From Lepidodermella squamata (taxonomy: Eukaryota > Animalia > Gastrotricha): DNA of 64,000 nt. The notes under the pieces are model-generated. The model was not told the DNA's origin, made no database searches, and was given only the letters and a program-made list of their open reading frames with translations. Both the position numbers and the translations under genes were made by a program. Where the stretch lies: contig JBLDXI010000023.1 in NCBI GenBank assembly GCA_047495785.1, forward strand, positions 310,001 through 374,000. The letters are read 5' to 3'. Shown here piece by piece: positions 23,401 through 35,400 of this stretch (position 1 is the stretch's first letter; each line of letters opens with the position of its first letter).

Positions 23401-26400
23401 GCACCGACGTCGTCCTCCTCATGTCCGCAAACGCGGCCTCGAAATCGTCAGACCAACAGCAACAGAACCAACAGGCGGCGAATTCACTGCTAGTAACTGC
23501 AGCTGGGCGGGTGTTACTGCTGCAGGCTGACCGGGCAGTTGCCCAGGGCGTCGTGTTTTCGACCCCCGTCCGCGTGGCCGAGCACGTTGAGCAGTTGTGG
23601 CTGATGGCGCACGACCCGGTCGCCGGCAACGCGGCCCTGGCGGAGACCATTTGGCTGTACTGCGGCCGGCATGGCGCCAACGTGTGGCTGCCGTTGACGA
23701 GCAGCGGCCAGCAGCCGTCGGCGAGGGCCTTCCTCTCACGCCGAGTCATGTTACAGGTACAGAAAACTAGAATTATCGAGTAAAAGATTTGTGTCAAGTC
23801 CAGTTTTAATTTATTGATTATCGCCCGATTTAAAATGCGATTTTTCGAATTTTTTAATTTTTTTTAATTTCATCTGATGGTTATTTTTGAATTTTTTTTC
23901 CCTTTTTCCTCTGTAATTTTATTGAAAATACTTGTGTGATCGCCGATTTGTATGGTTATTATAGTCTGATAAATGGTCAGACGTGGTTTTCTGAAAAAGT
24001 TGCCATGGAATTTTGGATTTAATAGCGAGTGATTATAGCAATGTGATTTCCTCGAATAGCTCCAATGAAGGTTTCGATTTTCCGATTCATTTACCAATTT
24101 ATGCCAACCCGTCACATCACAATATCATTAGGCCACAATTACTGGTACCAATTTGAACTTGTGAATATTGTTGAATTATGCTCGAGCTTTTCAACCTCGA
24201 ACTGTCCTCTTTGATGAAAAAAGTCGCAAAATGTTTTCAACAGTTTTTATTGGAACGAGATCGTTTGTTATCAATAAGTGCATCATCATCAGTCGAATTG
24301 AGATTGGCTTCGCGCAAAAAGCTCTTCTCTTCCTCCTCAGGCGAGCATTTCACGCCGAATTCAGTCGTTAAAGCGTCGACAGCTTCGGCTTGATCGTTGC
24401 GTTTTTTGAGTAGGCAAATTGTGAGACATGAAACAGGCTGTACATTGCCGTCTGATTTCCTGTGGCTATACCCGAATTTTTCAATCAGTGGAACGAATTC
24501 GTTGTCGAATTTAACGTCGTAGAGATGCGAATAATCTGTATTTGTGATCAAAAGGCTATTGCTATTGAAGTCGATGAAATTATGCAGTTTGTATTGCGGC
24601 GTGAAATAATCACTGGCTGCGATCGTGAAGAAAATGCCGTCGAGTTTCGGGTTATGCGAGCTTACTTTCACGGTTGCTTTGACGAAATTGAACAGAAGCC
24701 GCGGTGTGTTGCTTTTGTATGGGGTGTTGCGAAAATATGGCGACCACGGGCAGTGGAAGAATATGTAGCCCTCCTTCCAATATGTCTCTGAAATTTCGAT
24801 GATAAATAAGTTGAATATGAGCTATTATAATAGAAAATATTATAGGATAACATTTTATCTTAATACCCGAATTTTCCAATTTTTAAAAAATGAAAAATAT
24901 TTATAATCAGAAAAAATCGGATTTTAAAATTTTAAAATTGCACTCACTTATTTCTGCTCATGTTATGCCACCTACCTAAATGATCAATATTTGTTGCGTC
25001 GATCTGGTATTCCCATGGCCGGTTGCTATCTTTGAGCGCTGCCATCTTTCGAATTCTAGGCAGAATTTCCCCGGGATTTCCGAATTTAGCGCTCGCCATC
25101 GTCGTGATCATAGTTAGAAGCGTGTCTTTGTAGTCGATGTCGTATTCGCCGCTCAATTCCGTCGCCACGATGTCTTCCCAGCCGCCTCGAGCCGCTGCGG
25201 TTCCGGTTGAAAATTCGAATCGGCCCTCGCCGACGAAAAGAACCGGCTTCCGTTTGGCTATCAGCCGGTCCTCAACTGTGCCGTTCGATAGCGAAATTCG
25301 GCTTCTGTAACTATTATCGTCAACTTTCAGCCAGATTTCGCCCTTGGGAAATGACATTCTACTCTAAAAAGTTGGCTCGAAAAATTGAAATGTTAATAAA
25401 TCTAATCGATGATCTGTTAAAATGGATGCTATTGAGAAATATCTTGCAAATGCGATCCGGGTAATAGTCGGGTAATTAGTGCGCCGGTGGCCGTTGTAAA
25501 CGGGCCGTTCAAGTACCCCATGGACGTGCGAACGTGACAATAATTGAGCACGGACTCGGTGAGCGGGCGCACTATACCGTCTTTTAGTGTCACCGCCACG
25601 CTATCGTTGCGCTGAAAATCAAAACATCAACTGCGCTCATCTGCGGTTAATTCCAATTTCAGCCGGAAAAGATTTTCGCATCATTTTGAATTTTGAAAGA
25701 AATCGATCTTGATGATTAATATGCGCAAATAAATTTTGAAAAAAGCATATACTTGTTATTCAAATTTGAGCAATATGATAATTCACACAAATCATCAAAA
25801 ATTAAGGAAAACGTCGGAAATGAGTAGAATTGTGAGTTCGTTTATTTCGAAGTGTCAAAGAATGAGCATGCAGAAGTAACAGAAAAGAACATAGCTTTGT
25901 CAAACAGATTTTCTTAAGCATTTGGGTCTAACTCCTTGGCTTTCGTCAGAATCCGATTCAGACCGTCGATTATTTAATTCGCGCAGAGGATTCTTTGGTT
26001 CGTCGTCAGATGACGAGAGTTTTTCGTCGAATTCAGACGATAACAGATCGACATCTGGGTCCTCGATACTCGCTGCCCCGCTATTAACCTGCTTAAGTAT
26101 ACAAATTGTCAGAATTGAGGTGCGAAGTTCCCCGCCGCTTGATTTGCGGTGCGTATAGCCGTATTGCGCGATTCGTGGAACGAACCATTCGTCGAATTTG
26201 ACGACGAAATGCTGAGCGAGTTCTGCGTCAACAAGTCGCAGGTTAACGCTGTCTTTGTTGAAAATCAAAAAATTGTCGAGGCCATAACGCGGCGCGAAAT
26301 AATCGCTATTCGCTATGGAGAGAAATATGCCTTCACGCCTCGAGTTCCTGTAACATTTTTCAGCACTGGTGTTAACAAAGCGTTTAACTAGACGGGCTGT

Positions 26401-29400
26401 TCCATCAGCGTCCCACATGAGTGGATCGTATGGCACCCACGGGCAGTTGAAGAAAATGTAGCCGTTGGTCCAATATTTTTCTGAAAAGACGAATACAAGT
26501 GGGATGAATTATGAATTTTTGGCAAATATTTATATATATATTTATAGGGCGCTAATCTTGGGCACATTTTATTTTGAGCTAATGTGAAAAACCTGAAATT
26601 TAGAATTAATGTGAAAATGATTTTAAATGTCCACGTTTAATCTTGAAATTTTATTTCCTAATTTTCGCCTATTTTAATTGGTAGAAATCTTATTTATCCT
26701 TGTTTGAGAACAATTAGGAAACCTAGTTTTCTGAAAATTTGAAAGGTTAAAAAGTCCAATGCCAGGTGCCAGGTGCTATATTTTCCCGTTAACTGGTCTC
26801 CCAAAATTGTTTTGAATTATTTTTAAGCTCAACTATACTTGGTTACCTAAATGTTCTGGATTAGTGGCATCGATGCCGAAGTGCCATGTCGGTTTTCCAT
26901 TGCTCAACGCGGCCATGTCGCGAATCCTGGCTAAAATGAGCCTAGGGTCTTTGGGCTGTTCCCGCGGGCGTAAATTCTCATTAGTCGCCGCCATTTTCGC
27001 GATCATCTGCAGTCGAGTCTCGTTGTAGTCGACCTGCTCATGCGTGACAAACTCAGTCGCGACAATTCCGTCCCAGCCCCCGCGGGCAGCGGCTACGCCG
27101 GTGCAGAATTCGAACCGGCCTTCGCCGACAAAGAACACCGGTTGCCGCTGGTTAATCAAAAGAATTTCAACAAGGCCATTCGAGAGGTCGAACTGTTTCA
27201 CACTTGATGCATCTTTGGTGGTTAATATCGAGGTCGTATGTCGAACATGTTGAAAGCTTGCCATGAATATTTTTTCTTCCGACCTGTAAGGATCCTAGCT
27301 CATAATTCAAAGAAAAATTAATCGATAATCGAACATTTTTCTTAGTACTCATTTATTTGGCTATTTGGGTTAGTTTTCGAATGTAAACGTGGAAAAGGAG
27401 CAGCTTTAGGGCTTATTGAAAGGGAAATCAAGAGAGAAAATAGTGGATAAATTCATGTTTGAGTTGTATCGAAAACATGCAGACTAATGGCGGCCTGATT
27501 TTATGACCCGATTAACAGTGTAAAACCGTTGACCGTTTGCCGGCGGCATTGCGTAACGCATCGCAAGCGTTTTTACGTTGTTCCTTGTGATAAAATTTCG
27601 GCACCAGCCGCGTTTGTTGCGTAACGATTAACGATCCAGCGTGCGCGCCCTTGCGGGGATCGCACCTTGATACGTCAAAATGGGGCAATTTATTTAGCTG
27701 TTGGTCTCTTGTTGAAAATAGTTGCACGCCATGAATTTTAAAGCTCCTAATAGATCGAGTGGAAATAAGTCTATAGAGTCTCTCGACAGTTGCTATTCGT
27801 TCGGGTGTTCGTTGCGTAACTGCGCCCACTGTGGTACGTCAAAACGAGGTAATTAAAACATTGGCATCACTAAAAAACCTCTGGCTGGCTAAGTAGACGT
27901 GGTTGGTAATTAGCTCTTTGGTATGAGGAACAGCTGTTTTTTTTATTTTTGGAAAAAGTAGGAGGTTCTATGGGGGTATACTCGCGAGCATTTTAGAGGA
28001 TATATAGCCACAGTTCTTTTGACAGTTATCGCTCTACATGACTAATTATGCTGGAAAATGGCAGTTTATGAGCGGGCGCGCCTACATGGCGTAAGCGTAA
28101 TGAAGCTATAAAAAATGTTCCCCGGCCTTGAAACAGAAATGTTTGACTCAGGTGTTGCTGCGCGTGAACTACCATGGGACAGCTTTTCGTTTAGAAATGT
28201 GCCATCACCTTACTCATCAGATGTGGCTATTTGTGGCTATTTGATAAAATTAGGCGCGAAATTCGCGAGGCTGATAATTCTCGTGTACATATTTTGGAAA
28301 TTTTTGAATTTTTACAATTTTTGCAAATACGTCGAAGATGGTGAAATGTATGAAATAACATGAGCTTATTAGCGTATTAACGTAGCATGGATAATGATAA
28401 TAATATTATATTAATTGATTCGAAGGAAATTGAATACATAGTAAAGCGTAATTTATGTACATTTTTCTGAAACGTGAAAAAATCGTATAGCGATTCAAAT
28501 GAACAAATGAACAAATGAACAAATGAAAATGTTTTATTTTACGTCCACCTTCGGCTAAAAGTGATGGTAATATATATACAAGCCTTACCGTGAGGGTTTA
28601 GGGGACGGCTGACGACGAGAGATCAGCTTCAGGAACAGTCGCGAACAATCTGCTTTTTCCCATGAATTCATAATTTTCTATACTGTTACATAGTAGCTGC
28701 CATTCTTCCCGGTCTCTAGCTGTTACTTCCGCCAATTCTAAATCTGCAATTTTGTGAATTTCGATGCGTCGCATCAATAAGGTTGATTTACTCGTCGTTG
28801 ATTTACTCGCCCTCGTTTTTTAGGTTCATTACGATCCCTGATACGTTTTTCATGTATATAAAAAATTCCGATTTTTAGAAGGCTTCTTCGGAGGCAGTCA
28901 GACCATCGGGTTGGCGGCCTGCCGCGAGGCAAGTACCAACTCGGGTCGACTGCTTTCCAATAATACATAATACTCGTGAGACTTTCAGGGTCATATTCGT
29001 CCTGTCGAATTATATGGCCAAAATATTTCAGACGAAATTTTTCAATCAATTTACTCAATTCCATTACGTCGCAGATCAGTCTAATATCAACATTAGGAAT
29101 ATAATCTGTCCTAAACAGACCCATAATTGTTCTAAGCCATCGCATAAAGGTGACATTTAACCTTTGCTCTTGTTGGGTGGTCAGGTTCCAGGTTTCGCAG
29201 GCATAGGTGACGGTAGGAATAACAACGCATTTAAGGACTTTCAATTTCGTAGCTAAGCTCACGTGTTTTCTATTACACATAAGTTTATTGAGGGCACCAA
29301 AGCAGCCGCCAGCTTTCGCTATGCGTGCCTTGATCTCCTCGTCCATTTTCCCGTCAGAAGTGATGATGCTTCCTAAATATTTGAAAGACGTCACTTTTTC

Positions 29401-32400
29401 CAAAAGTTTGCCGTCTAATTCAAGTTGGTAGTTTCTATCCTCACCGATCACCATGTATTGGGTTTTACTAATGCTGATTTTCAGGCCTAGCTCCGTACAT
29501 GCCTTATTGAAAACATCCAATAATAATTTAATTTCTTCATGACTCATACCTATTAAAGTTCCATCATCCGCGAAAGCAATCAGGTTCAAAAATTGTTCAG
29601 TATTAAGCGTTCAGTATAGCGATTCGAACTGTATTTTTTATTCCAATGCATTTTATTCGATTAATGCAGTTGGGACATTTTTATAGTTTCCGAATACAGA
29701 TTGTGAGACATGGTGTGGGTAAAAGTGTCCCATCCGATTTTCTATGTCTATAACCATATGATTCGATGAGCGAAACGTAGGCATCGTCGAATTCGATTTT
29801 GAAATAATTTGAGTAATCGCATCCTCCGATGATCAGGCGGTTGAATTTCCAGCCGAATCGTATAAAGTTCAATAGGCCGTAGTCTGGCGTGAAATATTTG
29901 TCTGTTGATATCGAAATGAGGATTCCACGCAAATTGCAGTTTTGCAGGCATAATTCCAGACTGGTGGCCATAAAATCGTACAAAAGTTGGGCAGTTCTGT
30001 TCTCGTATTGCTCTCCATGTTGATACGCCGACCAGGGGCAGTTGAAAAATAAATACCCTTGTCTCCAGATGTCACCTAAAAAATGTATGAAAAATCGTTG
30101 ATATTACGGAAGAAATAAACATTTTGAATTTTTTACAATTCGACTAGATTTTTTACGAGAAATAAAATCTCAATAAAATAATTAATTGGAAAAATTGCGA
30201 AAAATTCTTTATATTAAAATTCCTTACCTAACTGTCTCGGATTCGTTGCGTCGATACCAAATAACCAGTTGTATCGTTCGCACCTCAGGCCAGTTAGCTC
30301 CCTGATTGTTTGATATTTTTGCCTCGAAGTTCGAAATTCGTCCCGGTTGACGGCATAAATCATCGTCCGTATCGTATCTCTGTAACTGCTCTGCTGATAA
30401 TTTAACTCTGTAGCCAACACGCCGTCCCAGCCGCCGCGGGCTGCTGCCGTGCCGGTGGAAAATTCAAACCGGCCCTCGCCGACAAACACCACGGGTTCGC
30501 AACGGTTGATTAAAAGGTCCTCGACAATGCCACTCCGAATAATGACTCTTCGCCTAGAGCGGCTATTTTGCCCAGTTTTCAGCCAAATTGTATTGCGCCG
30601 GGGCATATAAAATATCTGAGACAATACTTTCAAAAAAATTATTGGAATTTTTTAGATTATAATTCCGATGTAGCTATAATTTTTTCGAATAATTTAGTGG
30701 CTTTTTGCGGGATTTTCACGAGAAAACATAGAAGAAATGAAGATTGAATTGACAACTCAGAAACGTTTGGGGTATCGGAAATATCTAATCACCTTCGAAT
30801 CGGTTAAATTTGATTAATGGCCGCGCGTGTGAATCGGTGCTAAAAGGAACATCACTGTTTATCCCACACATGAGCTCGTATATCATATATTAGGCCCATG
30901 TCATAATTTTGAGATAGAAACAAATGGAAATGGATGAATTATTGGTCCGAAATTTGTCTACGCTACATGAAACAATGAGACGATGCGTGAGAAATTTGAC
31001 TTATTATTAAGTTGTGTTTTATGACAACGGCGGGTCTTAACAGCTATTCGGCTGTAAAAATGTTTCCCCCCTCGGCCATTAAAGTGGCTTGCATCTACAT
31101 CATGGCTATAACTGTGCGTGTGTGTGAACCACCTTGATGCACTCGTTTTTAGAGGCTAATTTCAAGTGCGTGCTCGTCGTCTTGTTCCGTGTTGATATAA
31201 CTGCTAAAATATGCAAGCTCGTTAAGTATTACAGTCGACCAATTTTATGCTTCTAAACGTGAAAAAGTCGAAATATCTTAACCGCCAGCCAGTTTTATTG
31301 CTGATAATTTGATTAATTAGTGAGCTGTGATCTATAATCGATTGCTAAAGCTATTCATCATAGGTGGGCAACTTTGGCAGTAAGCAAACTGTAAGAATTG
31401 GAGACCGACATTCAAATACGAAGCCGAATTTTTCGACATTTTTCACGAAATCAGCGTCGAATTTGAGTTCATATTTGTCGGACAGCATCGGTGCGTTATT
31501 GCGGTCGTAAACTCTCAACTTGTGATTATCGCCGTTTTCGTCGAAATTTATGAAATGATGCAGTTTGTAGTCGGGCAAATTTTCGTCGTCGCATGGAATG
31601 GAGAAAATGATGCCGCTCAAATCCTCGTTTGCTCTGAATAATCTCTCACTTGCGTGAATGAAGTTGTGTAGAGGTCGGGAAAACTCGTGGTGCTCGCCGT
31701 TTAAATCGCCAGGGCTCGGGCAGTTGTAGTAAATGTAGCCATTTTTCCAAAATTGTGCTAAAAATTGAAATTATCATTCGAAATTGTAAAAAATTATTTA
31801 AAATTGCCTTTAAGCCTTGAATTTATAAAAAATATTCGCTCCATTTCAATAAATAAATTTAAGAAAAATTCGCTATAATTCAGGTTTTTAATTCTGATTT
31901 TTTATAATTTTCTTTGGTAGGAGATAATTTAAATTAAAAGTTGAAAAATTGCGGAAGTTTTCGTTTATTCTCACCTAAATGCGCTCCGTCACCGGGCCTG
32001 ATACCGTACACTTTCCTTGCTGTTACGGCTTCTAGCTCATTCACGCGGGGCAACCGGCCGAAATTTGAGTTCAGACGATAGAAATGAGACCATGGCACAG
32101 TGTCCAGCGCCTTTTCGTATGCGCACTCGGTTGATGCCCGCAATCCGCGCCAATTTAGGCGCCATTTAGCGACGGCGTTTGAAAAGTTGAAATCGTTGCT
32201 ATCGCCGACGATGGCGACCGATTGTCGCTGGGTGATGAGCAGATTTTGAACGAAGCCATTCGACAGCGCGATTTGTTGCCGCGGGTGGTTCCGGTCCACG
32301 AGCAACGTTGTGCTGACGTTTTCCATGAAAAAAATCACCTAATTGAACCAAAAAATATTTGCTAAAATTGAGGAAATTCGTTAAATTCAATTTGGGTTGA

Positions 32401-35400
32401 AGAGTTCATTCCACTAAAATAATTGCGGGATTTTGTGGTAAATGGCGTTTTAATCGATCAGCTAAGAATTTATCAAAAATAGAGAAAAGGAAGAGTGCAT
32501 TTTTTTAAATGCGGTAATAGTCCAAAAATGTATCTTTGAACTGGACCGAATGAAAATGTGAAACGTGAAATGGTGTACTTATGCTGCCAATAATTTCATT
32601 AAATTTCTACTATTACGAGTTTTGTAGTCCTTCGCAATCTGCAGAGGTGTGTGTGATTCAATTTCACTGCTGTTGTGCGTGATTGTTGTCTTATTTGCGT
32701 GACTGAGCATGCTGGTACCCTACAATCAAGCCGGCTTTGACACCTCTATATTTAAGAACAATAGCCAAACGTGTGAAAAGAATAGCCGCATCAGACGTGA
32801 TTGCGCTTAACGAGTTGATTTTCCATGATAATTTCTTGCCTTGAGCGGCTTTTAACGCGGCATCTCTCTGCCATGTTAATTCAAACGAACTATCAACGCA
32901 TTCTGTTATTGGAATCTCAAACTCTCAGAAATAGTATAAAATTTATTATGGTACCGAATCGGGGGAAAATGAAAAAAAATCAATTTTTATGGGTAAATTT
33001 CTCAAGTATCTAAATCAGATTTTAATTGTTAAAGTTTATATTTCGCACTGCTCCCTTTATTTAACTGTATTGTTTTTGCAGGTGGAATGTCCGATCTACC
33101 CGTTGACTGCGCTGCTGAGCGTCGCGGCCGTTGTTGGCGCCGCCTCGGAAACGCCGCCGGCCTCGGTTGGTCGAGTTCGGCCGACGCGCTTCGAAGCAAC
33201 GCGAACCAGCCACAGCTACTTGCCGTCTCTACTCCGGCAACTGCTGCGGCGGCATTTGGGTCTGCAGGCCTTGGATGTGTCTCGATCGTGGCGAGGTGAG
33301 AAATCGTCTTTAAATCGATATTTTATTGGTTTTTTTCTGAAGATATTTGTACAAATGTAGCTTGAATTCCTTATTGGAATAAGGATTGCGCGGAAACAAA
33401 AGCGCGGATATTAAAACAGTTTCCTTTTTCAAGGCCATAAAATGATAATTTCGAGGGGCATTTTGGGGCCCATAGGGGCACACGGCGCAATTCAGGTGAG
33501 TGCAAACAATAATGGAGCCTATGACAATAGAGGGCTTGATCTGTGAGCCGGGTACGTCGCAAAATCACCTCCAAGTACTTTACCCTTGTGTGACCCCTTG
33601 CTAAGTGCGCTACAACTATGTCAATTTGACCACTGTTTAAGGCGGATTTTCTCGCGCCCTGTTTTTTTGGTTCCTCCACGAGTAGCCAGGGCGGGGCTTG
33701 TGGTGTAGTGGTATAGCCTCTACATAGCTACGCAAGCCCTAGAGAGCGAGGTTCGATTCCCGGCGACAGCAGTCGTCGCGGGAAAAAATCGAACTGGATG
33801 AGCGTCATCTATCATCCCCTGGCTTTCGGGCCTGCGGTCGACCAAGCCGCTAGAAATTGGTACCGCTTTGCGGGTAATGGGCTGGAATGCTGCGAACACC
33901 TGGCCCCGGATCGAGCATGCATACCTCGGTATGGGTTCCAGTTTACGCTCAGGGCCTAGAAAAGGATACGAGCACCTCAGTATGTTCCGACAGGAACTTG
34001 CTACCCTACGAGTAGCCAGCCATCAAGTACGTCCCGTGGGCTAACTAACGGGTGTTTCCTCGTTCTCGCGTGAATTTGTTGGGAGTCAGTGTACACAGGC
34101 GCGATTGTCTCGGCAATTGCTCTTAACTTAACTGTACTCACTTGTAGGATCGCACTCGGACCTTGGTCCCTATCGCCTTGATGTGAACAATAAAAATAAC
34201 GAAAAAATCAAAGGTTTCATCTGAACGCGATTTTTTACTTTCCCATATTATTAATTAACAATGCAAATTATATTCACTATCACGAAGAAAACAAAATGAT
34301 AAACTAACTCGATTGCAATTTCTCGGGCTTTTTTTCAATATTGCCGTTATCTTCCTGCTATGGAAGTACGATAGCCAATCAATCTGGTATTCGCGGCAAC
34401 GTGCGATATACAGCTTGTGAAGCTCAAGTGTTGTGGATCAGGGTGGCAGCTGAAGTGAGAGGAGAGAAAAAAGCATAACGGCTCGGGCGATTCGCTGACC
34501 TGCGATTCGCAATTTCGCCACTAACAAACTTGAAAAATAAGAGACCAAAATCTGTCTCCGCTAGGGAGTTATTAAAGCTGAAAGTTTTGATTGCGCAATA
34601 GTGTCAAACGGTTTTCTTGCTATAACTTGGTATCCTCAACGCGGATCAATTTGCTGAAGTTCTTGTTTTTTGTAAGCGAATGGTGCTCAATCGAATTATC
34701 GACTCTTTGGAGTCGCTGGACCTTGAATAGAGAAAATCGAATTTTAAGCCATGAACGCGCGTATTTGGGTGAATCGAGAGCTTTATATACATCTGAATTG
34801 ATTTCGTGGAGAGTTCAGGACACACTTAATGGTAGATTTTGTAAATTTAATGTAGATTGACGTTATTTTCTTCGTTTTACTGACGTCTATTTTAATTTTT
34901 ACTAGGTCTTGCCTCGTTTCCACACGTTCTGGAGCTGCTGCTCCATGCGGTAGTCGACGACGAAGCCCTGTCGAAAAACCCACTGCCCGACCCTCTGCTG
35001 CCTCGAGTCGTCGCCTTTCTACGCGCCTTCCCCGAACACGCCCCGGCCGTCGTGGTTCAATGCGCCCGTAAAATGGAGGCCGTCCTGTGGCCGTACCTGT
35101 TCGGCGCCGTCGGAGCGCCGCGCGACCTGTTCGCCGACTGCCTGGAACGCAGCGACCTCGACACGGCCGTGTCCTACCTCATCATCCTGCACACGACCGA
35201 GCAGTCGACGGTTGTCGCGCGCCAACTCACCGCCCAACTGCTGGCGGCTGTTCTCGCGGCGCGACGGTTCTCACTCGCGGCCGATATCCTGCGGTTTTTA
35301 CGATCTATCGGCTCCGCCTGCCTTGATACCTGTAATTTGATTTTATCACCGAATTTTTCCTGATATCTAAGCGATGGAATTATTTTATTTATTAAACTTT

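Noticed and set aside
23240-23797. Long antisense ORFs over RIC1 exons (also 36848-38430 and 40786-41147)
   Set aside because: These are expected shadows of GC3-rich coding exons.
28497-28525. CRISPR-like or satellite repeat
   Set aside because: It is an 8-bp tandem tail of the RTE fragment with no spacers, in a eukaryotic context.
33690-33770. Functional tRNA gene
   Set aside because: It forms no proper cloverleaf and is the head of a TSD-flanked SINE.
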